64,000 nucleotides of DNA from an uncultured Methylomirabilota bacterium (GTDB lineage Bacteria > Methylomirabilota > Methylomirabilia > Methylomirabilales > 2-02-FULL-66-22). Position numbers and translations under genes: made by a program. The DNA is taken from NCBI GenBank assembly GCA_963845565.1, contig CAWJSJ010000002.1:2464001-2528000 (forward strand), written 5' to 3'. Positions 1-10,018 of this stretch are shown piece by piece. Numbering within the stretch: the stretch's first letter is position 1; each line of letters begins with the position of its first letter. The notes beneath the pieces are model-generated. The model searched no databases. It worked only from the letters and a program-made list of their open reading frames with translations, and was not told where the DNA came from.

Positions 1-1
1 G

Positions 2-277
2 TCCGCCGCCGGCCGGCTTCATACAGCTCCAGAAGAAGGTGTGATTCCATACCTGGGCTGCGTTGTTGAACATGCCGACGCGTGACGCATCGCCCGCCGA
101 GGCCAGGATGATCTCTTCCAGGGACTTCCCCTCGAACGGCGTGCCTGCGATCAGCTTGGTGAGATTGTCCACATAGGTCTTGTGGTGTTTCCCATAATGA
201 AAGCTGATGGTCTTGGCGGAATAATGCGGCTCCAGCAGGTTGTCGGCGTACGGAAGCGGGGGCAATTGGATGGCCAT
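2..277 (-). CDS. sodB: Fe/Mn superoxide dismutase, N-terminal part (runs off window)
   Basis: Manual translation [39 protein letters not shown]...[17 protein letters not shown] motif is typical of Fe-SOD; RBS GAGGAG; not in the ORF track. Confidence 0.93.
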   Translation of the reverse strand, partial: MAIQLPPLPYADNLLEPHYSAKTISFHYGKHHKTYVDNLTKLIAGTPFEGKSLEEIILASAGDASRVGMFNNAAQVWNHTFFWSCMKPAGGG

Positions 278-524
278 GGCTCTTCTCCTCTCCTGGTTGG
301 GTCCTGAGACGCTGGCGCGAGGCGTCCGGTGCCGTCACGTTGCCAAAGCATAACTCCGGTCCGATCCGTCCCGCAAGGGAAATGGCGTGAAGGGGTGTTC
401 GGAAAGATTCGCTTGGTATCGCGAACGGCTCTCGATACAATCCCTCGCGGTACGCGCCTGCACCTCGGTGCAGCGTTTCGATAGGGGGCCCACCGCGTCA
501 TTCGACCGAAACACGGGAGGCGTC

Positions 525-956
525 ATGATCACTCGTCAGGCGTTGAAGTTGAACTGGGACGGGACGAACCGGATCCTGCAGGCGGCGGTCCGGAAGGCGG
601 AGGAGATCGGCGTGCCGATGAGCATTGCCGTCGTGGACGAGGGGGGGCACCTCTTGGGCTTCGTGCGAACGGACCAGGGGAAGGCGCACAACATCCCCAT
701 GGCTCTCGCCAAGGCGCGGTCGGCGGCCTTCAAGCAGATTCCCACGGGAAAGACCGGCACGCTGGGGAATCCCCTGGACGATCACATGGCGATCGCGCTG
801 ACTCTGGCCGGGGGCCCGGAGAATTTTGTGACGTTCAGCGGCGGATTCCCGATCCTGCTGGGGGGCCACTGCGTGGGCGGCGTCGGGGTGAGCGGCGGAA
901 AGGGCGAGCAGGACATCGCCGTGGCGCAGGCCGGGCTCGAGGCCCTGGCGGGGTGA
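525..956 (+). CDS. GlcG/HbpS family heme-binding protein
   Basis: SIAVVDEGGHLLGF, AKARSAA, GGFPI...GGVGVSGG...DIAVA; RBS GGGAGG before ATG 525. Confidence 0.88.
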   Translation: MITRQALKLNWDGTNRILQAAVRKAEEIGVPMSIAVVDEGGHLLGFVRTDQGKAHNIPMALAKARSAAFKQIPTGKTGTLGNPLDDHMAIALTLAGGPENFVTFSGGFPILLGGHCVGGVGVSGGKGEQDIAVAQAGLEALAG

Positions 957-2215
957 TGGCGCCCCTCTTCGGCGGTGACGGCAGCGCGATGCGCGTGGAC
1001 TTCTCCCGACTGAGGCGAGACCTCGACGAACTCGGCGCGATCGGGCGGACCCCCGAGGGCGGCGTGTCGCGCCCTTCGTGGAGCGATGCCGACATGCAGG
1101 GCCGCCGGTGGCTACTCGACCGCATCGCGGCGGCGGGGCTCACGCCTCGGGTGGATGCTGCGGGCAACATTCTTGGTCGTTGGCAGCAGGGCGGTCCTGC
1201 GGTCCTGGTGGGTTCGCACCTGGATTCGGTGCCGAACGGCGGGGCGCTGGACGGGGCGCTGGGGGTCCTGGCCGGGCTCGAGTGCCTGCGGCGGATCAAG
1301 GAAACCGGAGTGCCCCTGCGTCACCCGGTAGAGCTGGTCGCGTTCACGGACGAGGAGGGGGCGTTCGGCGGCTTCTTCGGCAGCTATGCGTTCACCGGGT
1401 GCCTCGAGGCCAAGGACATCCCGGACCTCACGGATTCCGCGGGCGTCCGGATCATCGACGCCATGGCCCGGCACGGCGTGGATGCGCTGCAAGCCCCCAC
1501 GGCAAACCGGAGCCCAGAGGACATCCGGGCGTACGTGGAGCTGCACATCGAGCAGGGGCCGACGCTGGTCGCCAAGCAGGTTCCCATCGGCGTGGTGGAC
1601 GCCATCGTGGGTATCCGCCGCTTCGGCATCACCTTCCGGGGCCGGGCCGACCACGCGGGGACCACACCGATGACCGACCGGCGGGACGCCTTGCTGGGGG
1701 CGTCGGACCTGATCCAGCAGGGGCGTGAGCTGGTGCTTGCCGAAGGGACCCCGGCCAGCCGGCTGACGGTGGGCGTGCTGCAGGTCAAACCCGGCGCCGC
1801 CAACATCATTCCGGCAGAGGTCTATCTGAGCTACGAGCTCCGGGAAGTATCCGGCGCGATGCTTCGCACTCTGGCCGATCGATCGCGGGCATTGGCCGCG
1901 GACATCGCCACGGCGTGGGGGCTGACGGTGTCCATCGAGACGGTCATGGATGTCGAGCCGGTGCGGCTTGCCGACGAGGTCAAAGCCTGCATCGTGTCGG
2001 CCACAGAGGATCTCGGGATCAGACACCTGCGGCTCCCGGCCATGGCCGGCCACGATGCGCAGGTCGTGGGGCGCGTCGCCCCTGCGGGCATGATCTTCGT
2101 GCCGAGCAAGGACGGGCGCAGCCACTCGCCGCTGGAGTTCACCGCGGACGACGACCTCGAACGCGGAGCCAACGTGCTGCTGCTCACGCTCTTGAAGCTG
2201 GCTGGTACGACGTAG
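953..2215 (+). CDS. Zn-dependent M20 amidohydrolase (N-carbamoyl-amino acid/allantoate hydrolase family)
   Basis: GSHLDSVPNGGALDG, DEEG, ELHIEQG, HAGTTPM, GHDAQ, SHSPLE; start may be ATG 989. Confidence 0.93.
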   Translation: MMAPLFGGDGSAMRVDFSRLRRDLDELGAIGRTPEGGVSRPSWSDADMQGRRWLLDRIAAAGLTPRVDAAGNILGRWQQGGPAVLVGSHLDSVPNGGALDGALGVLAGLECLRRIKETGVPLRHPVELVAFTDEEGAFGGFFGSYAFTGCLEAKDIPDLTDSAGVRIIDAMARHGVDALQAPTANRSPEDIRAYVELHIEQGPTLVAKQVPIGVVDAIVGIRRFGITFRGRADHAGTTPMTDRRDALLGASDLIQQGRELVLAEGTPASRLTVGVLQVKPGAANIIPAEVYLSYELREVSGAMLRTLADRSRALAADIATAWGLTVSIETVMDVEPVRLADEVKACIVSATEDLGIRHLRLPAMAGHDAQVVGRVAPAGMIFVPSKDGRSHSPLEFTADDDLERGANVLLLTLLKLAGTT

Positions 2216-2229
2216 CCCAGGGTGCTTTC

Positions 2230-2721
2230 GTGGATCCGATCCTGATCGCCATCCATGCGCTGGTTGCGTGCCTGCTGCTTGCCGGTCTCGCCGGCTCCGT
2301 CCTGCCGTTCCTTCCCGGGACGCCGCTCATCTTTCTCGGCGCACTCGTCCACGCCCTGGCGACCGACTTCTCCCCGATCACTGCCGGGCGCCTGCTTGTC
2401 CTCGCCGGGTTAACGGCTTTCGCGTATCTGCTGGAATATGCCGGTGGGGCCCTGGGAGCCAAGACGTTTGGCGGCAGCGCGTGGGCGGTCGTGGGCGCGT
2501 TGGTCGGCGCCGTGGTGGGCCTCTTCTTTGGACCGCCCGGTCTCGTGATCGGACCCATGCTGGGGGCGGTGGCGGCGGAACTGCTCAAGAGCGGTGAGTT
2601 GCGACACAGCCTCAAGGCGGGTATCGGCGCGCTGGTCGGGCTGGTGCTTGGCCTATTCGCCCGTGTGACCCTGGCATTCGCGATGGTTGGCCTGTTCTTG
2701 TGGTGGCTGTGGGTGGCGTGA
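2230..2721 (+). CDS. DUF456 family membrane protein
   Basis: GSVLPFLPGTPLIF, GAKTFGGS, GPMLGAVAAE; GTG start. Confidence 0.85.
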   Translation: MDPILIAIHALVACLLLAGLAGSVLPFLPGTPLIFLGALVHALATDFSPITAGRLLVLAGLTAFAYLLEYAGGALGAKTFGGSAWAVVGALVGAVVGLFFGPPGLVIGPMLGAVAAELLKSGELRHSLKAGIGALVGLVLGLFARVTLAFAMVGLFLWWLWVA

Positions 2722-2843
2722 AAATAGGCCCACGATCTTTCATCCGGCTCAGCCCCGCCCTTGCGGCGACCTCGTGGCCAGACAATCGCGGCGGGAAATC
2801 CGTCGGGAAACGACGATCCCGCGAGGCCTGCGCCCGACCCGCG

Positions 2844-2953
2844 ATCACGGGCACGCCCAATCCGACCGCCTTCCAGTACACGGAACGGGGAACGATAGGA
2901 CAGGCTTCTATTACTACCGGGCGCGGTACTACGATCCGGCCCGGGGAGGGTTC
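2844..2953 (+). pseudogene. RHS repeat-associated core remnant
   Basis: ITGTPNPTAFQYT(E)R / frameshift / NDRTGFYYYRARYYDPARGGF matches the RHS core consensus FQYTGRExDxTGLYYYRARYYDP. Confidence 0.75.
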
Positions 2954-3243
2954 GCTTTCCTGCTCCGCTTGGGCGGCCAACCCACCGTCTCCGCACTGAC
3001 GTCGTGTCATTTTCTGCCGTCGCGATTGCAGGGTTTCCGGGTACGTGGCTGGCGGCTCGACCTCCCACCTTTCTAGAAAACCCTCAGTTCCAAAGGGATC
3101 CTGACGATTGACCAGGCCGGGACGACGGCGGTTCGCCCTGGAACGGCTATTGCATTTGTGGGCAGCCCGCGTATGGGAATTGCCGGGAAGTGAACGCGTC
3201 GGGGTGATACGAAACTCCAAGGAGCAGGTTGGGGGCAAAGCCG

Positions 3244-3741
3244 ATGTTGAAGACAGTCGTCGGGTTCATGACTCTCGTGGGGCTCTTGTTTCTTATCGGT
3301 TATGCGACCAGTGGCGCGCCGTCAGACCCCAACCTGACCGATCTTGGCCTTACGGCGTCCGCCGTTCGGGCGCAGAACGGCGCCTGGCTCATGCAGTTCG
3401 AGCTTCGGTATACCGGAGAGGCCCCCCTGGCGGTTGACGAACGGTCCCTCCCCTGGAAGAGCCCCAGGGAGCTTCTGATCGAGGCCTTTCAGTTGAACCC
3501 CGCCGGCACTCGCCTGGCACGCCCCGAGTCGCGTACGCGGGACCTTCCTCGGGCCTCGCTGACGCTGAATCCTGGCGACACGGTGTCGGGGCAGGTAAAT
3601 CTGTCCGCCAGACTTCCGGAGCTTGCCGCGGCTATCCAGGAGAGTGATGTGGTCCTGTTCTGGAGCCATCAAATAAGATCGGCTGACAGCCAGGTCCTGC
3701 CCCGGTTGAACGGAGGAGTCGTCATTCCGAAACAGAATTAA
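3244..3741 (+). CDS. Exported hypothetical protein (possible orphan immunity protein)
   Basis: Hydrophobic N-terminal signal/anchor followed by a beta-rich body; lies just after the RHS remnant. Confidence 0.6.
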   Translation: MLKTVVGFMTLVGLLFLIGYATSGAPSDPNLTDLGLTASAVRAQNGAWLMQFELRYTGEAPLAVDERSLPWKSPRELLIEAFQLNPAGTRLARPESRTRDLPRASLTLNPGDTVSGQVNLSARLPELAAAIQESDVVLFWSHQIRSADSQVLPRLNGGVVIPKQN

Positions 3742-4147
3742 GCTGCCCGCCTGGCCCTCTGCCAGGTGGATGACTTCACGGGGTGCCGGCGGGGAACCGA
3801 CCGGCACCCCATTTCTTTCGCCAGACCCACCGATTCTCTTGCCGACGTCCGATCGTTCCATTCCTACCGGGATCGAGCAGGGATTCGACCAGCCACGACT
3901 ACCTGTGCCGAAAGTGTCCCGGTTGGCGCCAGACAAAAACACGGCGGGGACGCCTGCCTCCCCGAAGTTGGAGTCGCCACGCGCCGGCAGGCCGGATTTG
4001 GCATTGACAGCCGATCCGGGACGCCCCATCTTTGTTGTATAGGTGCAGGGCACGAGTCGGTCGCTGACGCGGGCAGAGGGAGCGTCGGTTGGGGGGTCGG
4101 GCTTCGGCGGCGGCGGGTTCCCACAGATAACGGGAAGGAGGACGACC

Positions 4148-4972
4148 ATGTCCATCATTGCCATTTCCCGGGGGACGTTCAGCGGTGGGGAGGCGGTCGC
4201 AAAGGGCGTGGCCGATCGGTTGGGCTACCGGTGTGTGAGCCGAGAGGTGGTCCTGGAGGCGGCCTGGGCATACGGTATCCCGGCCGAGGAGTTGATTGAT
4301 GCGATGGAGAAGCGCCCGCCGCTCTGGCAGCGGCTGACCGGCGAGCGGAGTGACCACATCACCTTCGTGCGGGCCGCGCTGTGCGAGAACGCGCGCGGCG
4401 GCAAGGCGGTCTATCACGGGTACGTCGGGCATCTCTTCCTGCCGGGCGTCAGCCACGTCATCGGCGTGCGGGTGATCGCCGACATGGAGTATCGCACCCG
4501 GGCGGCGATGCAGCAGCGGAACCTCACGCGCAAGGAGGCGGTGAGTTACATCGAGACGGTGGACAAAGAGCGGCGGCAATGGACCCGATTCCTGTTCGAC
4601 GTGGACTGGGACGATCCGTCCCTTTACGACGTGGTCCTGAATCTCGGCCGCATGAGCATCGCCACCGCATGCGACACGGTCGTTCACCTGACCGAGCGGG
4701 ATGAGTTCAAGCCCACCGCGGACTCCATGCGGGCGATGCAGAACCTCACGCTCGGCAGTCAGGCGGCGGCGGTGCTGGCGCGGGATCCCCGCACGCGAGG
4801 CGCCGTCGTGCAGGTGATCGCGAACGATGGCGTGGTGACCGTTACCGGAACCACCCAGTCGCCGTCGGTGTTGGACGCTATCCCTGGGGTGGCGCGCCAG
4901 GTCGAGGGGGTGACGGACGTCAGGAACGAGGTGCGGTTCCTCCGGGAGGGGGCGGCCGGGGCACCGGACTGA
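4148..4972 (+). CDS. Cytidylate kinase-like family protein with C-terminal BON domain
   Basis: IIAISRGTFSGGEAVA, D..R.QWTRFLFDVDWDDPSLYDVVLN, GVVTVTG...VEGVTDVRNEV; RBS AAGGAG. Confidence 0.85.
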   Translation: MSIIAISRGTFSGGEAVAKGVADRLGYRCVSREVVLEAAWAYGIPAEELIDAMEKRPPLWQRLTGERSDHITFVRAALCENARGGKAVYHGYVGHLFLPGVSHVIGVRVIADMEYRTRAAMQQRNLTRKEAVSYIETVDKERRQWTRFLFDVDWDDPSLYDVVLNLGRMSIATACDTVVHLTERDEFKPTADSMRAMQNLTLGSQAAAVLARDPRTRGAVVQVIANDGVVTVTGTTQSPSVLDAIPGVARQVEGVTDVRNEVRFLREGAAGAPD

Positions 4973-4974
4973 CG

Positions 4975-5077
4975 GGTTAGGAGCCGTTACGAAATAACCT
5001 ATACATCTCTTTCTATTTCGTTACGGCTCCTTATGCCGTTTCGGAATGTTTCCGCTCAACTGATTCTTTGACAACGG
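4975..5077. repeat. 103-bp AT-rich palindromic repeat, copy 1 (family B)
   Basis: AGGAGCCGTTACGAAATA...TATTTCGTTACGGCTCCT inverted repeat; 2 mismatches versus the copy at 17618-17720. Confidence 0.9.
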
Positions 5078-5078
5078 T

Positions 5079-5549
5079 TTACCGTGCGGCGGCCCTGGCC
5101 CGGCGGATCTGGTCCGCGTGGTTATGGGCGTGCTCTGCGTAGATTTCGAGCCACCGCTCGACCGTGTACCGCCCGCTGTCGCTGTGGGTGCCCTCGCGGG
5201 TCCAGTCCGTCTCGGTCAGGTGATCGAGGATCTCCGCTGTCGTCTGGCGGGCGGCCCGAAAGGCATCCAGCGATGCCTGAATGGGTCGGGTGTAATGCAG
5301 ACGGCGTGCGTACTCCTCCTGGTCATACGCCTGAATCATCGGGCGGTCCTCGGCGAGCAATCGCCGCAGGCGGATGGCCGAAGTCATCTCGCTGTCGGCG
5401 AGGTGATGGACGATCTCCCGGGCAGACCACCTGCCCGGCGCCGGTCTGGCGTCCAGTTCCCGGTCCGAGATCCCCCGTAGCGCGTCGCTGACGACGCGGT
5501 ATCCCTCCCGGTACTTCTCGACCAGGGCCTGCCGACTCTTGCTGTCCAT
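5079..5549 (-). CDS. DinB/YfiT-like thiol transferase family
   Basis: PGRWSAREIVHHLADSE, YDQEEYA, HAHNHADQI. Confidence 0.9.
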   Translation of the reverse strand: MDSKSRQALVEKYREGYRVVSDALRGISDRELDARPAPGRWSAREIVHHLADSEMTSAIRLRRLLAEDRPMIQAYDQEEYARRLHYTRPIQASLDAFRAARQTTAEILDHLTETDWTREGTHSDSGRYTVERWLEIYAEHAHNHADQIRRARAAAR

Positions 5550-5663
5550 GTATCGCCCTCACAGCGTCGGACGCGATGACCACCTGCCCGGCGCCTTCCC
5601 GCGCACGTGGCCATCGCGTCCCTGGTGCGTTAATTGGACGCGCTACTTCGGAACGGCTCCTAA

Positions 5664-5815
5664 CAGGATGCTGAAAAACACGCTTTTGCTCAGGCTGCTC
5701 AAAAAGGTCCAGATGCAAGGCGGCGCGCGATGCGTGGTGCGAGGCGTACTTACGCGTACGTCGCAGCGCCGCGCGAGCGTGCCAACGCGGCAGATGGGCC
5801 TTTTTCAGCAGCCTG
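5664..5815. mobile_element. MITE-like repeat family A, copy 1
   Basis: TIR CAGGATGCTGAAAAA / TTTTTCAGCAGCCTG, flanked by CTAA on both sides. Confidence 0.8.
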
Positions 5816-6791
5816 CTAAGGGATCAGGACGATTTTCCCATAGGCACCCGGCGCCAGGACCTGGACGTGGGCCTTAGCCGCCTCGCGCAGCGGGAAGCTC
5901 CGTGCCGACCACCGGCTTCAGGACGCCGCCCGCCAGGCCGGCGCCGATGGCGGCGTGGAGCGAGGCCAGTTCCCGGTCGCTGGAGTTCCAGAGGGCCATG
6001 CCCAGGACGGTGGCTTCGCGGCCCATGGCGTCGCGGGGATTGATCTCGATCGTGCCGCGGTTGCCGATGACGACCACGCGGCCGTACTTGGCGACCACGG
6101 TGAGGTCCTTGGCCAGATTGACGTTGGCCAGCATCTCCAGGATGACATCGGCGCCGCGACCCTCGGTCAGCGTCATCAGCTCGTCCAGGTAGTCCGGTTT
6201 GGTGTGGTCGAGCACGTGCTGGGCGCCCTGCTGGGTGACGAGCGTGCGACCGCGCTCACTTCCCGCCGTTCCGATGATCCGCAACCCATGAGCGCGGCCA
6301 AGCTGGATGGCCGCGATGCCCACGCCGCCGCTGGCCCCATGGATGAAGAGCGTCTCCCCCGGGATGGCGCGGGCCTTGTGGTGCAGCGCCCGGGCTGCGG
6401 TCGCGTAGTTCACGCCCACGGCCGCCCCCTGCGCAAAGCTGAGTGGTGCCGGGAGAGGACACACCAGATCGGCGTCGCACGCCAGTAATTCCGCGTAGCA
6501 GCCGTTCAGCAGGCGCGCGTTTCCGCCCGCGGTGTAGACGCGGTCGCCAACCTTCACGCGCTGCACGCCCGCCGCGACGGCCTCGATGACTCCGGCCGCA
6601 TCGCCGCCGGGAATGTAGGGCATGGCGGGCATGTGCGCGTATCGCCCTGCCCGGATGTAGGTGTCCACCGGATTGACGCCGGCAGCCTTGATCCGGATCA
6701 GGACTTGCCCGGGTTTCAGCTGCGGGTCGGGCGCATCTTCGTACTGGAGCACGTCGGGTTCGCCCGGTTTGTGAACGCGAATCGCTTTCAT
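5816..6791 (-). CDS. NADPH:quinone reductase (zeta-crystallin/MDR), one-base frameshift near the 3' end
   Basis: AAGVNPVD, HGASGGVG; the true C-terminus LREAAKAHVQVLAPGAYGKIVLIP* continues in a shifted frame after ~5893 to TAG at 5816-5818. Confidence 0.88.
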
Positions 6792-6822
6792 GGTCGCATC
6801 CTCCTTGGTTGGTGCGCTGCCT

Positions 6823-7518
6823 CTACGGTAGGGGTCCGGTCAATCGCCGCACGCTTTCGTCGACGTCGGCGAAGCTCGCAAACAGGAGATCCGGGCGGGT
6901 CGCCTCCAATTCTTCCACCGAGTGCTGTCCGGTGGCGACGGCGACCGCGACGCAGCCCGAGGCCCTGGCGCAGTCCACGTCCAGCGGGGTGTCCCCGATG
7001 ATGACGATCTCCCGGAAGGGGACCTCCAGGCCGAGGAGGTCTTGGGCACGCTTGCGGGCGATGGCCGGCAACCGGCGCCGGTCGCTCTCGTCGGAGCCGT
7101 AGGCTGCCACGCGAAAGCAGGAAGCGAGGCCCGTGGGCTTGAGCTTCACGTTGGCGCCGCCCTCGACGTTCCCCGTCAGGATCCCGACCGCGGCATCCGG
7201 CGCGCGACCCAGCCGGCGGACCAGATCCGGAATCCCCGGCAGGACCGTCACGGGGTGGCCGTTGGAGAGCCGGGCATCCAGCAGTCGGACGTAGGTCTCG
7301 AAGCAGGACGGCAGCTTCTGGCGAATGGTCTCGTCGGACATCCCGGCGGCGCGAAGAACGTCCCGAACGATCAAGGGATCGGTTTTGCCGCGCCAGTCGT
7401 ACCCTGCAGGATCACCGGCGGTTCCGAAGACCGCTTGCATGGCCCCGACCAGCGAATGATACCCAGCCCGGTGGGCGTCCAGGAGCGTGCCGTCAATGTC
7501 GAACAGGAACAGACGCAT
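6823..7518 (-). CDS. HAD family hydrolase (phosphoglycolate phosphatase-like)
   Basis: LFDIDGTL, GKTD, LTGN, IGDTPLD. Confidence 0.9.
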   Translation of the reverse strand: MRLFLFDIDGTLLDAHRAGYHSLVGAMQAVFGTAGDPAGYDWRGKTDPLIVRDVLRAAGMSDETIRQKLPSCFETYVRLLDARLSNGHPVTVLPGIPDLVRRLGRAPDAAVGILTGNVEGGANVKLKPTGLASCFRVAAYGSDESDRRRLPAIARKRAQDLLGLEVPFREIVIIGDTPLDVDCARASGCVAVAVATGQHSVEELEATRPDLLFASFADVDESVRRLTGPLP

Positions 7519-7610
7519 GAGTCACCCTCGAACAACGTAGAAATAGGCAATGCGGCAATTCGGATTACCCGGTTGTCCGGGTACTGGATCGCGTGGTCCT
7601 CGAAGCCTAG

Positions 7611-7759
7611 CAGAATGCAAAAAGCCGCTTTCCCCAGGCTGCTCAAAAAGGCCAAGATGCAAGGCGGAGTGCCGCAGCCTGAGCGAGGCGTACTGGAAGT
7701 ACGTCGCAGCGAGCGGCGAGGCGCGCCAACGCAGCAGATGGGCCTTTTTCAGCAGCCTG
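7611..7759. mobile_element. MITE-like repeat family A, copy 2
   Basis: Same TIRs and internal GGCGTAC..GTACGTCGC hairpin; flanks CTAG/CTAA. Confidence 0.8.
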
Positions 7760-8602
7760 CTAATGCATCACGGAGCCACCCGCGACATTGATAGCCTGAC
7801 CCGTAAGGTATTCCGCGCCGTCGGATACCAGAAACGCGACCACCTCGGCCACGTCCTCGGGCCGGGTGAGGCGCCCAAGCGGATTCAGCGCCCCGCGACG
7901 GCGGATCTCCGCGGCGCGCGCCTCTTCGTCGTAGGTTCCGTCCGTCCGCCGACCGAGATAATCCAGCCGCTCCGAGTCCACACCGCCCGGGCAGACGGCG
8001 TTGACGGTGATCCCGGCGGGCGCCAGTTCCATCGCCAGGGATTGCGTGAATCCGACCAGACCGAACTTGGAGGCGCAGTAGGCCGCCAGGTTCGCGGTGC
8101 CCACCTTGGCCCGGTCGGAGGCGATGTTCACGATTCGGCCGTGGAGGTTCCGCTGGAGCATGGTGCGGGCCACCGCCTTCGACACCAGGAAGGTTCCCTT
8201 CAGGTTCGTGTCCAGCACGGTGTCCCAGGCCTCCTCCGGCAAGTCCACAACCGGGACGCGGTCCGCTCCCGGTGGGGCGGCGGCATTGTTGACGAGGATG
8301 TCGATCCGGCCAAAGGCGGCCAGGGCCTCGGCGATGACGTCGTCGATCTGACGAGCCGAGCGGATGTCCAGGAGGCCGACGATCGCACGGCGGCCCAACG
8401 CCTGGATCTCGGCGGCAACGGCGGGGAGGCCGCCCCACCGCCCGATCGGCTTGGCGGCGAGAACCTGCGTGCCCTTCGGAGCGATGTCGGTGAGCACCAG
8501 ATCGGCCCCGTCGTCCGCCAGTCGGCGGGCAATTCCGCGGCCGAGGCCGCGTTCGCCGCCACAGCCCGTGATCATGGCCACCTTGCCCTGCAGGCCCGTC
8601 AT
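7760..8602 (-). CDS. SDR family oxidoreductase
   Basis: TGCGGERGLG, NNAA, YCASK, NAVCPG. Confidence 0.92.
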   Translation of the reverse strand: MTGLQGKVAMITGCGGERGLGRGIARRLADDGADLVLTDIAPKGTQVLAAKPIGRWGGLPAVAAEIQALGRRAIVGLLDIRSARQIDDVIAEALAAFGRIDILVNNAAAPPGADRVPVVDLPEEAWDTVLDTNLKGTFLVSKAVARTMLQRNLHGRIVNIASDRAKVGTANLAAYCASKFGLVGFTQSLAMELAPAGITVNAVCPGGVDSERLDYLGRRTDGTYDEEARAAEIRRRGALNPLGRLTRPEDVAEVVAFLVSDGAEYLTGQAINVAGGSVMH

Positions 8603-9771
8603 TGTCGTCCCCGGCGGCGCCGGCCGGAATCCTCGCCCGGCGCTCCGCCCGTTCCTTCCTGCGCAGTTTCTACCTTGGTAACGGGCGCCTGTCCAGTTGC
8701 GCGATCGGCCGGCGTCTTTACATACGTCCGGGTGAGGTAGGCCACGATCTGGTCAAGAGCAGCCTGGTCCGCCCCCAGGCCGTTGTCCACCATCCGGGCG
8801 ACCAGATCCCTGGCCGCAGCCTCCGATGCCGGCGGCGCCTGCTCCACGCTGTTCAGCGAGTGGCAGCCGTTACAGGTGGTTTCGAAAACTGCCTTGGCCT
8901 TGGCCAGGTCGGCGGTCTCGCGCGGCGGCGCCGCCGGGATTCTGGAGGGTGCGGCGGGCGTCTTGACGGTCGTCGGGCGCACCTGCACGCGCTCCTGCTG
9001 TCGCTTGAGCTGGACGGACTTCTGGAGATCCGGGGAGATGGCGACCAGATAGGCCGTGGCGTACCACTGCTCCATCTCCGAGATCGGGTCAAAGACCGAG
9101 CGCTCCGCCATCCGCCTCACGAGATCCACCCAGTTCTCTGGCGTTCGCGGTTTGGCCAGGATCGTGCGCAGGTCGTGGCACTGGACGCACTTGCGGAGCA
9201 GGACGCCGCGCCCCTGGCTGAGGCCGGAGGGACTGGCGATCTGCTGGAGCGGGATGTCGGCGGGAAGGCCGGCCCCGGGCAGGAGCGCTTTCACGCGCTC
9301 GACGCCTCGATCGCCGAGTGCCGTTCCCCCCGTCGTGTGGCGGCTCATGTACACCTCGCGGAGCGCCAGGGGGGCGGACAACCCGATCAGAATCGTGGTG
9401 CAGACGAACAGGATGATGCCGAGCAGGGGCGCGGTACTCGACTCCAGATGCCGGAAGACGCGGACGATCAGGATCTTCACAAAGAGCACGGCGCCGATGG
9501 CCAGGCCCATGACGAGGTGCGCCACCGTCCGCGCGGGCAGTTCGACCTGGTACGCCCACAGCCGTGGCACCATCTGGAGCATGAGGGACAGGTAGATGGC
9601 CAAAAAGACGTACCCCAGGACTCGGTGGAGCAGCATGAGCGATCGCGGGGCGGAACTGACCAGGCGCTCATGGTCGAAGGGGTAGCCCCACAGCTTGAAC
9701 ATCAAGAGGACGTTGGCCAAGCCGACCACCCAGAACGCAATCCCGAGAACGGTGTTTTCCAGTGTTCCCAT
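8599..9771 (-). CDS. Membrane protein with four TM helices (His-containing) and two c-type heme motifs
   Basis: TM His in LLHRVLGY and AHLVMG; CVQCH and CNGCH, each followed by a V.RM distal-Met motif. Confidence 0.8.
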   Translation of the reverse strand: MGTLENTVLGIAFWVVGLANVLLMFKLWGYPFDHERLVSSAPRSLMLLHRVLGYVFLAIYLSLMLQMVPRLWAYQVELPARTVAHLVMGLAIGAVLFVKILIVRVFRHLESSTAPLLGIILFVCTTILIGLSAPLALREVYMSRHTTGGTALGDRGVERVKALLPGAGLPADIPLQQIASPSGLSQGRGVLLRKCVQCHDLRTILAKPRTPENWVDLVRRMAERSVFDPISEMEQWYATAYLVAISPDLQKSVQLKRQQERVQVRPTTVKTPAAPSRIPAAPPRETADLAKAKAVFETTCNGCHSLNSVEQAPPASEAAARDLVARMVDNGLGADQAALDQIVAYLTRTYVKTPADRATGQAPVTKVETAQEGTGGAPGEDSGRRRRGRQ

Positions 9772-9788
9772 GCCTACCTCGATGCTAC

Positions 9789-9958
9789 CAGGCTACTGAA
9801 AAAGGCCCATCTGCGGCGTTGTCTCGCCTCGCCACTCGCTGCGACGTACTTCCAGTACGCCTTGGCCCATCTGCGATGGGCACCCCGTCTCTGGCTCGCC
9901 GCCTTGCATCTGGGCCTTTTTGAGTAGCCCGGGCGAGAACGCGTCCTTCAAGACTCCG
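9789..9958. mobile_element. MITE-like repeat family A, copy 3 (reverse orientation, internal duplication)
   Basis: CAGGCTACTGAAAAAGGCCCATCTGC start; GGCCCATCTGC occurs twice. Confidence 0.75.
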
Positions 9959-9974
9959 CTCGAGTCGCCGGTGT

Positions 9975-10001
9975 GAATCTGCGCAATCTGCGTAATCTGT
10001 G
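9975..10001. repeat. 3x 9-bp tandem repeat AATCTGYGN
   Basis: aatctgcgc aatctgcgt aatctgtgg. Confidence 0.6.
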
Positions 10002-10018
10002 GATAAATCCCGTCGGGC

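Noticed and set aside
329..346. GG-N10-GC match upstream of the SOD gene (TTGGCAACGTGACGGCA)
   Set aside because: Poor -12 element and no activator boxes; could be chance in GC-rich DNA
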